Shown: positions 25,540 through 35,979, counted from the stretch's first letter. The stretch is DNA of 64,000 nt from Bythopirellula sp. (GCA_965216565.1 OZ244170.1:3776001-3840000), one strand, 5' to 3'. The notes: generated from the letters alone by a model not told the origin. Made by a program: numbers and translations.

Positions 25540-26124
25540 TTACTCCTCAGCTTCCTGAATTACTCGGATCGATCGAAACAGGAACAACGCTCCCACCACG
25601 CTGCCCGCAAACGCTAGTGCCATGTCCTTTTGCGGATCCCACAGATCTCCCTGCTGGCCGTTGTAAGCTTCGGCGTAGTCGGGAGCCATCGTCACAGCGA
25701 TGGCCCATTCGAATATTTCATACAGCGCGCTAATCCCTAGGATTGCAGTTACCGCCAGACAAACGCTCGTCCAGCGGGAAAGTCGGCCATAGCGCATGGC
25801 GACTTCGGCGATCGGCCCCACCCACAGCGCCCCAAACGCAAAGTGCACGAGCCGATCGTAGTGATTCCGCTCCCAGGAAAACCACTCCGAGATGCTGCTG
25901 CCAAACACCGCCGCCGTCCACTCGTCGTACGGCACATACGAATAGATATAGCGGGCACCCAAAATGTGCAGCCACAAAAACACCACCAGGCAAACGAACG
26001 AAACCCTCGAAAGCCACTGCCTGCGCTCACAAACCAGCAACAGCGCAAGCGCCAACACCGTGGGCGAATTCTGCATCGGTTGCAGAGACAGATACGGCGC
26101 CCCCACTAGGGACAGAGCTAGCAA
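25540..26124 (-). CDS. DUF2238/YjdF-like inner membrane protein
   Basis: LHILGARYIYSYVP, RNHYDRLVHFAFG, YEIFEW, QGDLWDPQKDM; start uncertain. Confidence 0.85.
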   Translation of the reverse strand: MLALSLVGAPYLSLQPMQNSPTVLALALLLVCERRQWLSRVSFVCLVVFLWLHILGARYIYSYVPYDEWTAAVFGSSISEWFSWERNHYDRLVHFAFGALWVGPIAEVAMRYGRLSRWTSVCLAVTAILGISALYEIFEWAIAVTMAPDYAEAYNGQQGDLWDPQKDMALAFAGSVVGALFLFRSIRVIQEAEE

Positions 26125-26188
26125 AACAACGGTGATCAGGACCAGAAAAATTGCACTATAGCCTAGAACCTAGGTCTTTCACCAAGCT

Positions 26189-26794
26189 CTAAATACGTCT
26201 ACGCAAGATCCAGGGAATACTTCCTGCGGCAACCAATAGAAACGAAGACGGCTCTGGAGAAATTAGAAAATCGACCGAGTAAGCAGTTAGTTCGTTACCG
26301 GTTTGCTGAATGTGATACGTGTACGTTCCGTGTCCAAGCGGAAGTGAAAAGCCTGACCCACCTGTCGAAGCGGCTGCAAGTGCTGGAAGCATGTCGGTTC
26401 CGGGAGGTAGAGGATCGAGATGGTTACTGCCGAGAAAACTGCCGATGTTACTCCCGCTGGGAATAAGACTCGAATCACCTGCGATGATCGCGTGAAACCC
26501 TCGATCACCCCCACCACCACTAAGCACATCTGTGTAATCGCGCTGGACTAAGCGTGACAGTATTTGACCCCGAGCAATTGTGAAAGTTAGGTAGTCGCGG
26601 GTATCGCCGGACGCTTGCACGGTGCCGTTGATGATGTGATTGAATCTGCCTTGGGTAAAGACCACGGGTGTGGGATTTGCAGGATCACTGGAGAGATCGC
26701 CATCTACACTTTCGTCGTAGTCGACGAATGCGACCGCAGAAAGACTAAGTGAAACGAAAGCCACGGCGAAGAGAAAGAATCTTTGGAACATCAT
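26189..26794 (-). CDS. PEP-CTERM surface protein (YDES-x-DGDLS type)
   Basis: Signal peptide; C-terminal SPEPSS, hydrophobic segment and RRR. Confidence 0.85.
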   Translation of the reverse strand: MMFQRFFLFAVAFVSLSLSAVAFVDYDESVDGDLSSDPANPTPVVFTQGRFNHIINGTVQASGDTRDYLTFTIARGQILSRLVQRDYTDVLSGGGGDRGFHAIIAGDSSLIPSGSNIGSFLGSNHLDPLPPGTDMLPALAAASTGGSGFSLPLGHGTYTYHIQQTGNELTAYSVDFLISPEPSSFLLVAAGSIPWILRRRI

Positions 26795-26960
26795 TTCGAA
26801 TCTCCTGCTGGTTGGATCGAACTTCAGTGCATTAGCCTTCAGGGATCAATAGCGTGGACTGACTTCCTAAATTAACAATTCTTCTCCAGGATTACCAGAA
26901 ACTTCTGGTGACAAGCTGTACTTTCACACCCAATCGGTGAACTGCTTCACAGAATACACC

Positions 26961-27434
26961 TCAGTCCGGCTTACACACGTCCGAATTCAAATCCTTGCTC
27001 ATCCGCACGTGCTTCAAGTCGTGAAACATCGTCGGCCCGTCACCAACAATTTCGTAGCCCAACCGCTCGTAGAATCCGACGACTGCTTCCCGCGCGTTGA
27101 GCACAATCTGCGCAGCATTTTGTTCTCGGGCGATCGTTTCCAATTGTTCCACTAGGCTTCGGCCGACGCCCGATCCCTGCGCGGCCTCGTCGACTGCCAT
27201 GTAGCGAATTTGCGATTCCTCAGGAGAGTTGAAATGCAAACGGCCCACACCCAACAGTCGTCTGGTTTCATCACGCACCGTCACGTGAAAAGCCCTGGCA
27301 CCGGGCTCATCAAACTCGTCCCGCTCCGAACCGTGCGGCTGATTGAGAAATTTGCGTAACACCTGCCAACGCAACTCGAAATACTCATCGAGTTCTGCAG
27401 GAGTTTTCGGACTACCGAGAATAAGATCGCTCAC
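26961..27434 (-). CDS. GNAT family N-acetyltransferase
   Basis: QIRYMAVDEAAQGSGVG, LNARE.VVGFYERLGY. Confidence 0.9.
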   Translation of the reverse strand: MSDLILGSPKTPAELDEYFELRWQVLRKFLNQPHGSERDEFDEPGARAFHVTVRDETRRLLGVGRLHFNSPEESQIRYMAVDEAAQGSGVGRSLVEQLETIAREQNAAQIVLNAREAVVGFYERLGYEIVGDGPTMFHDLKHVRMSKDLNSDVCKPD

Positions 27435-27533
27435 GACACGATTCTCGTCTGCAGGAAGTGAAGAGTCGAGGGCACTGCTGGCTTAGTAAGACAGACGGGT
27501 TGAAATTTGCTGCCTCAATTTCCATCCAGTTTT

Positions 27534-27628
27534 GTAGGGCGAGCTAAAGCGAAGCGGAAGCCCACCGATTCTAGCTGGTTGGAATCTCATCAAACGGTGG
27601 GGCATCGCTGCGCTGAGGTCCACCCTAC
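27534..27628. repeat. GTAG-type REP doublet (copy 1)
   Basis: GTAGGGCGAGCTAAAGCGAAGCGGAAGCCCACC ... GGTGGGGCATCGCTGCGCTGAGGTCCACCCTAC. Confidence 0.85.
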
Positions 27629-27642
27629 GACTGTCATCCTGT

Positions 27643-29172
27643 CTAAACGAACCCGCGACGATTCAAACAGAGAATCAATCCCATCGAAATCAACATTACC
27701 GACGTGGGCTCGGGCACTACCGTGGTCGAGGACGACCCGGCTCCCAAGGAATCCGTGTACTGCGTCTGCCAGGCGAGAAAATCGAAGCCGTCAATCCGAC
27801 GATTGCTATCGCTATCCCCATTGCCATGAGTAGCGCCGGTGGCCAAGCCGTAGTTGGTAGTCCAACGAGTAAGATCGCTCTGACCCACGATTCCATCTTC
27901 GTTGAAGTCGGCACCTTGGATCGGCTCGGCACCAATTAAATCGATCAGCATATCATCGAGCAGCCCCCGCCATTGTCCCCACGAGTGCCCTTCGCTGCGT
28001 TGCGTGAACGTGAAGTCGTATCCATTCGCATTGAGCAGGTTGGTAAAGTTCACGCCGCCACTGCCGTCGCCGATAGTGCCCGCTGTCACGTAGAGATCCA
28101 CCTCGTTCTGCAGCGACTGCGAAGCGTACAGATTGAAGATACTGGAAAAATTCGAAGGCGATTGCACCGCGATATTCTCAAACACATCGGAGCGTGTCGC
28201 CCCAAAGTAGGCTGAGTTCACGCCACCGAGGGATGTTCCCAAAATCGTTCGACCGGTTGCCGAATCCAACGTGCGGTAGCCGGCATCGATCTGCGGCACG
28301 AGTTCGTCGGCTACGAAGCTGGCGAAATTCGAGTTCCCCGTGTATTGGTCCGCCCGACGATTGGTGCCATTGGAGGGATCGCGCGGATCGATAAAGACGG
28401 CCATCGTCGGTTGCAGCAGGCCTTGGTCAATCAAGTTATCGAGCACCACAACGGTGCTGCCCAAATGGTCGGCGGAATACTCGTGCCCATCGGTGACATA
28501 GACCACCGGCAAATTCTTCAGCTGCGCGGCGTTGTATCCGGAGGGCGTGTAGACTCGGTAGTTCACGTCATAGCCCAGATTGGAACTAGCCGTAGTTATG
28601 TTGCCAGTCAGGGTACCTTGGGGGACGCCCGCTTGCCGAACTGTTTCCTGGGGAAACTCATAGCTCGGCATCCGCAGCTCGCTGTTGGGTCCGAAACCGC
28701 CCCACATTTGCAGTGAATTTGCCGGGTCGAGAATCCATTGTCCGCTGCGGACAACCTTGTAGTCGAGCCGCGCATCGCTGGGGAACGTCTTCTCCAAAAT
28801 CCACAAGTCGGTGCCGGCAAACTGCGTCCCCTGCCAACCGGAGGAAGATGGATTCCAGCCGTTAAAATCACCAGGCCAAGCGACGCTACCCGCCGACCCT
28901 CGATACAGAAACGCTACTTGGTTGTCTTGGGCGTAAGGCACCTGCCCGGCATTTTGCAAAGTGGACCACAGGCTGTTGAGCGCCGCGGTCCGCTGCCCGG
29001 GGTCGGCAATGCCAACAGTAGAAAGCAAATCGCTCTTGAAGTCGGCATACGATGGATAAATGGTCTGCCGAACGTAATTAGGATCCGGCGGCGACTGCGC
29101 CTGTGAATTCTTCACCGATAGGCAGCAGGCTAGCGCGACCAGCGCCCAGATGAATTTTGTTTTTTTAGGCAT
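27643..29172 (-). CDS. Secreted Fes-like alpha/beta-hydrolase with N-terminal Ig/CBM48-like domain, dockerin-like module and PEP-CTERM
   Basis: Signal peptide; PGDFNGWNP; GTSLGG nucleophile elbow; EGHSW; ADFNEDGIVGQSDL; VPEPT-TM-RR. Confidence 0.88.
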   Translation of the reverse strand: MPKKTKFIWALVALACCLSVKNSQAQSPPDPNYVRQTIYPSYADFKSDLLSTVGIADPGQRTAALNSLWSTLQNAGQVPYAQDNQVAFLYRGSAGSVAWPGDFNGWNPSSSGWQGTQFAGTDLWILEKTFPSDARLDYKVVRSGQWILDPANSLQMWGGFGPNSELRMPSYEFPQETVRQAGVPQGTLTGNITTASSNLGYDVNYRVYTPSGYNAAQLKNLPVVYVTDGHEYSADHLGSTVVVLDNLIDQGLLQPTMAVFIDPRDPSNGTNRRADQYTGNSNFASFVADELVPQIDAGYRTLDSATGRTILGTSLGGVNSAYFGATRSDVFENIAVQSPSNFSSIFNLYASQSLQNEVDLYVTAGTIGDGSGGVNFTNLLNANGYDFTFTQRSEGHSWGQWRGLLDDMLIDLIGAEPIQGADFNEDGIVGQSDLTRWTTNYGLATGATHGNGDSDSNRRIDGFDFLAWQTQYTDSLGAGSSSTTVVPEPTSVMLISMGLILCLNRRGFV

Positions 29173-31175
29173 GGGAATCTCCTCGTTCTACAGTTCAGTA
29201 TTCCCACGCACCCGAGCAAAAACAACCCCGCAGAACCCGCCTCCGGCACGGCGCTAACCGCAGCCGGGGACGGCACGACCCCCAAACCAAACTGCTGCTG
29301 CCAAATGAGAAAATCGAGCCCGTCGCTGCGCCCATCACCATTGGCGTCGCCGACGTCCGTGCTGGCATAAGCGGTTTCCCACAGACCGAGGTCGTCGCTA
29401 TCCACGTCGCCATCCATATCGAAATCAGCACTGGCCAGAAAGTCGGAAAGAACGATGGCGTTAGGATCGAAACCACTGCCCAAACCGTAGTTCACCTGAA
29501 ACGAACCCCAGTTGCCGATAGTCGATAAACGCCCACCATTGGCGACGTTGTCGAGCGAACCGGTGAGAATCGAAGCCGTGAGGACAGTGAATGTGTCGAG
29601 GGAGCTCGGGTAGAATTTACCGCCCCCGATGTCGAGTAGTGAAATCTCCAGATCGCCGCCCAGCGAGGCCGCGCTGCTCACTGCCAGTTGATCGTATTGC
29701 GTTCCGACCGTTGCGCCACCAATTTCCAGGGCTAGGCTGCTACCGCCCAATTGTGAGTAGGAACCGCCAATCGATAAAACGCCTGCTGAGAGCCCGGGCT
29801 CCACCCGACCGCGAATCTGCAGGTTGGAAGTGGTCGAAACCTGGCCGTCACCTGTCAGCAAGCCATTCTCTTCGACCAGAATCAACGCGGCCGACATTTC
29901 GCCGCCATTCGAGACGATTACGGTCCCCTGGCCGTCGTCGCCAATGACTTCGACCCCGGTGATGCTCCACAATGATCCGGCGCCGTCCACGACCACAGTT
30001 CCTTCGCTGCCGGCGTCTTCTCCTACCTGTCCACTGTCGTTGGTGACCGTGCCACCATTGAGAATTTCCAGTCGACCCACGCCTTCCCTACCGACCGAGA
30101 AAATACCACTCATATTCCATGCAGAATTGGGATCGCTGATCCGAGCGAAGCCATTGGAAGTCGCGCCGAAGGTACCCAGAAAGCCACTGCCGCTGGCAAC
30201 CACTCCGCCATTGAGAGCGTAAAGTTCACCATGGCTTCTAGATCCAACCTGCAGGTCAGGGGTGATATCCCAGAGAGATCCGGCACCGGTGATCGTGGCT
30301 GTGCCGGAAGCATTGGCTTGGATCCCAATAAAGGAGGTATCATTGTTCGTCATTCCAGCACCATTGCGAATAGTGAGATTACCCGTCCCAGAATTTCCAA
30401 GTGTCACTTGCCCTCCGCTATTGTCCCAAGTCGAGGCGTCGAGAGTCAGCTCGCCTACGGAATTTGAGTTCAGTCCGATTGCCGTCCTGGTTGCTGTGAT
30501 CGCCGCACCATTTTGCACAGTCATCGTACCCTGGCCAGTCGAGCCCACCGTGATCACCTGCGTACTGTTCCAAGTGGCATCGTCCACCAGCGCAGTACCA
30601 ACAGCGGTGGCAAGGTTACCTATGCCGCCCCCGTTGCTCGAGAGTTCGGCACCGTCCAGTAGCATAAGATCTCCTTCGCCACGGAAACCAACCACAAAGG
30701 TGGAGTTCGTACTCCACGTGGTGTTGGGATCACTTATCGTGACCTCGCCGCGAGACCCCGCTTGTGCCCCCAGAAAGGTAAGCCCCGACACCTGCACTTG
30801 ACCGGCGCTGTCCAGCGTGAAACTCCCGTTACCTACGTTGCCAACCTGCAGTCCAGGCGTCAGCCCCACCCCTCCAGAAAAGTCGGCAACGGACCCAGCA
30901 CCGCTCACGGCGATCGACCCCCCCGAGTCTGTGGTTACTGTAGAGGTAGCTGTTGGGGTGCCGCTACTAACAGTCAGGTCGTCGAACTCATCGGGGCCTC
31001 CGTTGGGGTCCCAGTTGGCTGGGTTGAACCAGTCATTGTCACTGGCATCGTTATCGAAAGCACGAACCACCGCCCACGATGGGTTGGTCGAGACGGCCGC
31101 AAACAGGATGGCTATGCTTAGCGCTAGCTGGCAGAGATAGGTTACAGGAAACGAAATCGGTTGAATCTTATTCAA
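29130..31175 (-). CDS. Beta-strand repeat (autotransporter-passenger-like) protein with dockerin-like module and PEP-CTERM variant (VPEA)
   Basis: Repeats of VG..G.G.L.I.NGG.V / GAGS.W; start placed at TTG 31175 ahead of the signal peptide (the ORF extends to 31286). Confidence 0.85.
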   Translation of the reverse strand: MNKIQPISFPVTYLCQLALSIAILFAAVSTNPSWAVVRAFDNDASDNDWFNPANWDPNGGPDEFDDLTVSSGTPTATSTVTTDSGGSIAVSGAGSVADFSGGVGLTPGLQVGNVGNGSFTLDSAGQVQVSGLTFLGAQAGSRGEVTISDPNTTWSTNSTFVVGFRGEGDLMLLDGAELSSNGGGIGNLATAVGTALVDDATWNSTQVITVGSTGQGTMTVQNGAAITATRTAIGLNSNSVGELTLDASTWDNSGGQVTLGNSGTGNLTIRNGAGMTNNDTSFIGIQANASGTATITGAGSLWDITPDLQVGSRSHGELYALNGGVVASGSGFLGTFGATSNGFARISDPNSAWNMSGIFSVGREGVGRLEILNGGTVTNDSGQVGEDAGSEGTVVVDGAGSLWSITGVEVIGDDGQGTVIVSNGGEMSAALILVEENGLLTGDGQVSTTSNLQIRGRVEPGLSAGVLSIGGSYSQLGGSSLALEIGGATVGTQYDQLAVSSAASLGGDLEISLLDIGGGKFYPSSLDTFTVLTASILTGSLDNVANGGRLSTIGNWGSFQVNYGLGSGFDPNAIVLSDFLASADFDMDGDVDSDDLGLWETAYASTDVGDANGDGRSDGLDFLIWQQQFGLGVVPSPAAVSAVPEAGSAGLFLLGCVGILNCRTRRFPCLKKQNSSGRWSR

Positions 31176-31535
31176 GGTTGCCACATCATAGGTGAAGTTA
31201 GATTGTTGGTAATCGATCATTCCCTGGATAAGGAATGAAACTGGGGGCGATTGTATCGCAAATTCTGGATAGTAATAGATCTCCACATTTTTCCAGATTG
31301 GACGAAGCCAAAACGGTCACTTGGTGGAAAGTCCATGAACCGCGACAATGCAAGCTGCGCCAGTCATCTATTGGTCGGACGTCGACTCGTCCATTGATAG
31401 CAGTCGCCCAAAGTATGCGTCTGCACTGTGATTTATCTGGTAACTTTCCGGAGTCACTTGCCCGCGCTTCACTGGCAAGTGACAATCATGCTAACCCAGA
31501 AATTCGCACCCTACGTAACACGAAGGAATTCCGTT

Positions 31536-32888
31536 ATGAGCCAAGCCGTTGAAAAAGAGCTCGAGCATTTCATGGCTGGGCTGAAAAAGCGAAATCCGAA
31601 TCAAAAAGAATTTCACCAGGCGGTGGAGGAAGTCGCCTCCTCGGTGATGCCTTGGTATCTAGATCACGACGAGTTTCGGCAAGCGCAAATCTTAGAACGA
31701 CTTACAGAGCCAGATCGGATTATCATTTTCCGGGTTAGCTGGGAAACCGATGACGGCTGCATTCGAGCCAATCGTGCCTGGCGAGTGCAATTCAGCCATG
31801 CTCTCGGCCCTTACAAAGGGGGCTTGCGATTCGCTCCATCGGTCACTCAAAGTGTCCTCAAGTTTCTAGGCTTTGAACAAATCTTCAAGAACAGCCTCAC
31901 CGGTTTGCCAATGGGCGGCGCGAAGGGGGGATCGAATTTCAATCCCAAAGGAAAAAGCGATCGCGAGGTCATGCGGTTTTGTCAGAGTCTCATGACCGAA
32001 TTGCATCGGCATATCGGGGAAGACATTGATGTCCCCGCTGGAGATATCGGTGTGGGCTCGCGTGAAATCAGTTACATGTTCGGTCAGTATATGCGGCTCG
32101 AGAATCGCTGGTCGGGTGTCATGACTGGCAAAGGACAAACTCACGGGGGTAGCGCGGTCAGAACCGAAGCAACCGGCTGGGGTTGCGTCTACTTCTTAGA
32201 AAATATGCTGAACCATGCGGACGAAGAAATTGCTGGCAAGCGCATAGCCATCTCCGGTTCTGGAAACGTAGCGATCTACGCCGCTGAAAAAGCACTAGAA
32301 AAAGAAGCCAAGGTTATTTCGCTAAGCGATTCGGACGGCTTTGTTGAGATCGAGGATGGGCTCAACGAAGAGCAGTGGGAATTTGTGCGAGACTTGAAAG
32401 AAAACCGCCGCGGACGCATTTCCGAAATGGCAGACAAGTTCGCAGGCGTCACGTTTCACAAGGATGAGGCGCCTTGGGGGTTGAAATGCGACGTGGCCAT
32501 GCCGTGTGCAACGCAGAATGAACTCGACGATAAAGCTGCTAAAACCTTAGTCGACCAAGGTGTTCTTGCCGTCTGCGAAGGAGCCAACATGCCCACGACC
32601 GCCGCCGCGGCTGAGGTTTTCGAAGAGTCCAAGGTACTTCACGCACCGGGCAAGGCGTCCAACGCCGGAGGCGTGGCGGTGAGTGGCCTGGAACAGAGCC
32701 AAAATGCCATGCGTATTAGTTGGTCGCGGGAAGAAGTAGATCAACGATTACGCTCTATCATGAGCGACATCCATCAGCGGTGCACAGAAGCTAGCGGAAG
32801 CGAGAATCACTTCAACTACGTGGACGGGGCCAATCTGGCGGGCTTCCAAAAAGTGGCGAAGGCAATGCTGGCCTATGGTGTGACTTGA
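31536..32888 (+). CDS. gdhA: NADP-specific glutamate dehydrogenase
   Basis: GPYKGGLRF, GGAKGGSNF, DVPAGDIGVG, RTEATGWG, GSGNVA, EGANMPTT; SD AAGGA before ATG 31536. Confidence 0.96.
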   Translation: MSQAVEKELEHFMAGLKKRNPNQKEFHQAVEEVASSVMPWYLDHDEFRQAQILERLTEPDRIIIFRVSWETDDGCIRANRAWRVQFSHALGPYKGGLRFAPSVTQSVLKFLGFEQIFKNSLTGLPMGGAKGGSNFNPKGKSDREVMRFCQSLMTELHRHIGEDIDVPAGDIGVGSREISYMFGQYMRLENRWSGVMTGKGQTHGGSAVRTEATGWGCVYFLENMLNHADEEIAGKRIAISGSGNVAIYAAEKALEKEAKVISLSDSDGFVEIEDGLNEEQWEFVRDLKENRRGRISEMADKFAGVTFHKDEAPWGLKCDVAMPCATQNELDDKAAKTLVDQGVLAVCEGANMPTTAAAAEVFEESKVLHAPGKASNAGGVAVSGLEQSQNAMRISWSREEVDQRLRSIMSDIHQRCTEASGSENHFNYVDGANLAGFQKVAKAMLAYGVT

Positions 32889-32969
32889 GTCTATTGGGGT
32901 GCGAGTCCGCGTTGTTCCCTGGCACCTTGAAATCGATCCAGTAGTTTCTGCCATTCGCAGAGCACATGC

Positions 32970-35747
32970 CTAAACTCTTTTCACCGCATCTTCGCGCGCT
33001 CTGCGTCTCGAATAGAAAACTAGGGCCATCAAAACCAACGCCGACCCACTAGGCTCCGGCACGGTATTCACTGTCGCCACCAGCGACGAAACGCTCATGC
33101 CAAACTGCTGCTGCCAGATGAGAAAATCGAGCCCGTCGCTGCGCCCGTCGCCGTTGGCGTCGCCACTTTGGAACGGGTGCAACTGACTGTTTCCGTAAGT
33201 CGACTGCCAAACGCTGCGGTCTGCAAGATCAACCATGCCATCGGCATTGAAATCGGCCGCGATCGCTGGGACGACGCCCAACAAAATGTTCGGCTGACTT
33301 GGGTTTGTCTCGTAGACCAGATTCCAACGCAACTCGGCTGGCAACTCTGGCAATGTGACTTCATCGAACTCGCCCGAGAGCGTATCCAAAGAGTTGGTGA
33401 ACAGATTGAAATACGCATTCGCGGGAGGCACGTAATTTGGGTCGCCTGGGTCGCCCAACGACACGTCCAGCTTGGCACTATCAAGTGTGATCGACCCATC
33501 TACATCAAAGATGGGCGGATCAAAAGGCTCGGCGCCGTTTAAATTCAACTTGAGTGTCCCGCCACCCGAAAGGGAATAGTCTCCGCTGATTTCCGTTGGC
33601 ATTTGATCGGCTCGCAGTTCCAACACGCCGCCTGTTTGGGTTAAGTCTCCGCTGAATTCGCCTACATTCTTAAGCGTCCCTCCGGAAAACACAAACTGCG
33701 AGGAAAGATCAATATCTCCTCCACCCATATCGAGAACACCGCCCAGCAAGTTCAATGTGCTGCCACTTTCGACCCGAAGCCTACCAAAGGCGATTTCCAG
33801 ATTACCGCCGCTGTCGATCGTGAGCGTACTATTAAAGAGCTCCACATTAGATGTCAGGAGCCGAGATCCGATTCCTTGGATTTGCACAGCTGAACTATCA
33901 ACTAAGAGCGTCGGAGTCTCAACAGCTCCGCCCGAATTCACCTCGAGCGAGGCACCGAAAGAAGCAAAGAAGCTGTCCGACCTCAAAATCGAGTTGGGGT
34001 CGCTCACTTCCAGCATGGATGTATTTACCAATTCTACTTCGTCAGAAACGACAACCTTAGCTCCCGCTTCCACGATTAGCTGTCCAGTTGCTCCGGAATT
34101 GAGACTTCCGATCTCCAGGCCGCGCGAGATATTCCAAGCCGATCCGCTGCCGGTTACCGTTGCATCACCTTGTCCCCCGGTCCCAAATCCGAGGTAAGCA
34201 TCCGTGCTCGCTATCTGCTGTGCATCGGCAATGTGAAGCGTGCTCGAGCCCCGGTACCCCGCCCCCAAAGGTTGACTGGAAGATAGTTGTAGATTGACCG
34301 TGACGTTTTGATTCGGATCGCTGTTTAAAACAATCTGCTGCGTTGTGCCGGAGGTCTGATCGAAGACCAAGTCGATGTCAGTAACCAATCCTAGTGCATT
34401 GATAGTTCCTGTTCCTGTGAGGTCGTGCCGTGAGGCAAACAGACTGCCCGCATCCAGTGTGCCATTGCCGAAATGAATTTCGCTTCCTACCGCACTGCTC
34501 TCGCGAGTCACCAACACTTCGCTGGCAACTTCCACCACGGCGCTGTTTTCAATCAGCAGCCGACCCACGCCACGATTTCCCACGTCGAGGTTGTCATTGA
34601 TCTGCCACTTGGTACCGATGCCATCAATCGTTGCGGTCCCCATGGAACCAACGTTATTGCCCAGCATAGCCTGTCCGTCGGTCACTAGCTGACGCCCTTC
34701 AGAGATGGTCATCGTTCCGACGCCATCGTGACCCACACCTAAAGGTCCCGGCTGTGTATGGTCGAGATTCACCACCACGTTCTGCCCGGGGTGACTATTG
34801 AACGTCCACTGTTGCTGAGGACCTTGGGTTGAGTTGAACGTAAGATTGCTATCTACCACAGCCCCGGTGATGTTTGCCGTTCCCGAACCGGTAAATCTGT
34901 TTGGATCAAACCATAAGCCGTGCGCATCGATCGTTCCTGAATTGAGACTTACTTGGCTAGTGGCACCACTAGATTCTTCAATGATCAGATCACCGACGAC
35001 TTCTACGAGGCCCCCATTGGAAACGCTCAAGCTGTTTTGCCAAACGGTCCCCAGCGTCACGAGCATCGCACCCGTTTTCTTGAGGGTCGAACCGGCACCG
35101 TCCACGCTTACGGTACCCGTTCGGTAAATGTTCTTTGCAAACTGGCTGTCGGCGGTAACCGTGCCGCCCGCAGTGTTGATTTCGACAGCCCCTCCATCGC
35201 TGATATGCAGACTTCCTTCAGTGCCGCTATAGATGTCCCCGACACGAAAGAAGATCTGGCTTGAATCCCACCGAGAACCAGCGCCCGACACATGGACCGT
35301 GCCATTGCTCATTGCTGTACCACTACCCGAGCCAATCCAGCCCTGACCAGTCTGCAAGTTCGCGCTCCCCGTGACTTCTACAATCCCTTGTCCCCTCATG
35401 CCCACTCGAAAATCAGCTCCCCCGGACCATTGGGTTCCGGTTCCGTCCAATAACAAGCTACCCTGGGAACCCAGGTCCACACCAATCCATGTCTGATTGC
35501 TATCCACCTGAGAGCCGGAGGTGACTGACAACGCTCCCACACCACTACGCCCAATCCGCATAAGATTGGTAACCAGAGGGTCGACCACAGGATTGGTCAA
35601 TAATACCGCATTCGACGAAGAACCAGACCACACGTCCGCGGCTCCAGTGGAATTCGGATCAATCGTAATGGTCGCCCCAGCCAGAGAACCCCCGCAGAGG
35701 ACTATTCCAATGCAAAAGATTTGGTAAATCGTGATGTACCGCTGCAC
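32970..35747 (-). CDS. Beta-strand repeat protein with dockerin-like module and PEP-CTERM
   Basis: Signal peptide; internal duplication (FTGSGTANITGAVVD / LTGTGTINALGLVTD); GDANGDGRSDGLDFLIWQ; VPEPS-TM-RRR. Confidence 0.88.
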   Translation of the reverse strand: MQRYITIYQIFCIGIVLCGGSLAGATITIDPNSTGAADVWSGSSSNAVLLTNPVVDPLVTNLMRIGRSGVGALSVTSGSQVDSNQTWIGVDLGSQGSLLLDGTGTQWSGGADFRVGMRGQGIVEVTGSANLQTGQGWIGSGSGTAMSNGTVHVSGAGSRWDSSQIFFRVGDIYSGTEGSLHISDGGAVEINTAGGTVTADSQFAKNIYRTGTVSVDGAGSTLKKTGAMLVTLGTVWQNSLSVSNGGLVEVVGDLIIEESSGATSQVSLNSGTIDAHGLWFDPNRFTGSGTANITGAVVDSNLTFNSTQGPQQQWTFNSHPGQNVVVNLDHTQPGPLGVGHDGVGTMTISEGRQLVTDGQAMLGNNVGSMGTATIDGIGTKWQINDNLDVGNRGVGRLLIENSAVVEVASEVLVTRESSAVGSEIHFGNGTLDAGSLFASRHDLTGTGTINALGLVTDIDLVFDQTSGTTQQIVLNSDPNQNVTVNLQLSSSQPLGAGYRGSSTLHIADAQQIASTDAYLGFGTGGQGDATVTGSGSAWNISRGLEIGSLNSGATGQLIVEAGAKVVVSDEVELVNTSMLEVSDPNSILRSDSFFASFGASLEVNSGGAVETPTLLVDSSAVQIQGIGSRLLTSNVELFNSTLTIDSGGNLEIAFGRLRVESGSTLNLLGGVLDMGGGDIDLSSQFVFSGGTLKNVGEFSGDLTQTGGVLELRADQMPTEISGDYSLSGGGTLKLNLNGAEPFDPPIFDVDGSITLDSAKLDVSLGDPGDPNYVPPANAYFNLFTNSLDTLSGEFDEVTLPELPAELRWNLVYETNPSQPNILLGVVPAIAADFNADGMVDLADRSVWQSTYGNSQLHPFQSGDANGDGRSDGLDFLIWQQQFGMSVSSLVATVNTVPEPSGSALVLMALVFYSRRRAREDAVKRV

Positions 35748-35884
35748 AAGAGAGTCCTTACCGTACTTCTAGCTGACATTCAAAAAGAGACACCGTTCCG
35801 CGATCATCGATGCTCTCTACTATATCAATCGGTAAGGTGGAACACTAGTTTTTTACTTCTGGGTAATGGCTCACTGGTAAGTTC

Positions 35885-35979
35885 GTAGGCTGGGCTAAAG
35901 CGAAGCGGCAGCCCACAAATTCTAGCTGGTTAGAATCTCATCAAACGGTGGGCAATCGCTGCGCTGTGGTCCACCCTGC
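35885..35979. repeat. GTAG-type REP doublet (copy 2), partly inside the CDS tail
   Basis: Collinear with 27534-27628, including the spacer TTCTAGCTGGTTRGAATCTCATCAAAC. Confidence 0.85.

Noticed and set aside
29287..33164. Near-identical 65-bp pair differing only at A/G, suggesting a DGR template/variable repeat
   Set aside because: The differences are synonymous T/C third positions on the coding strand, both copies are coding, and no reverse transcriptase is in the window.
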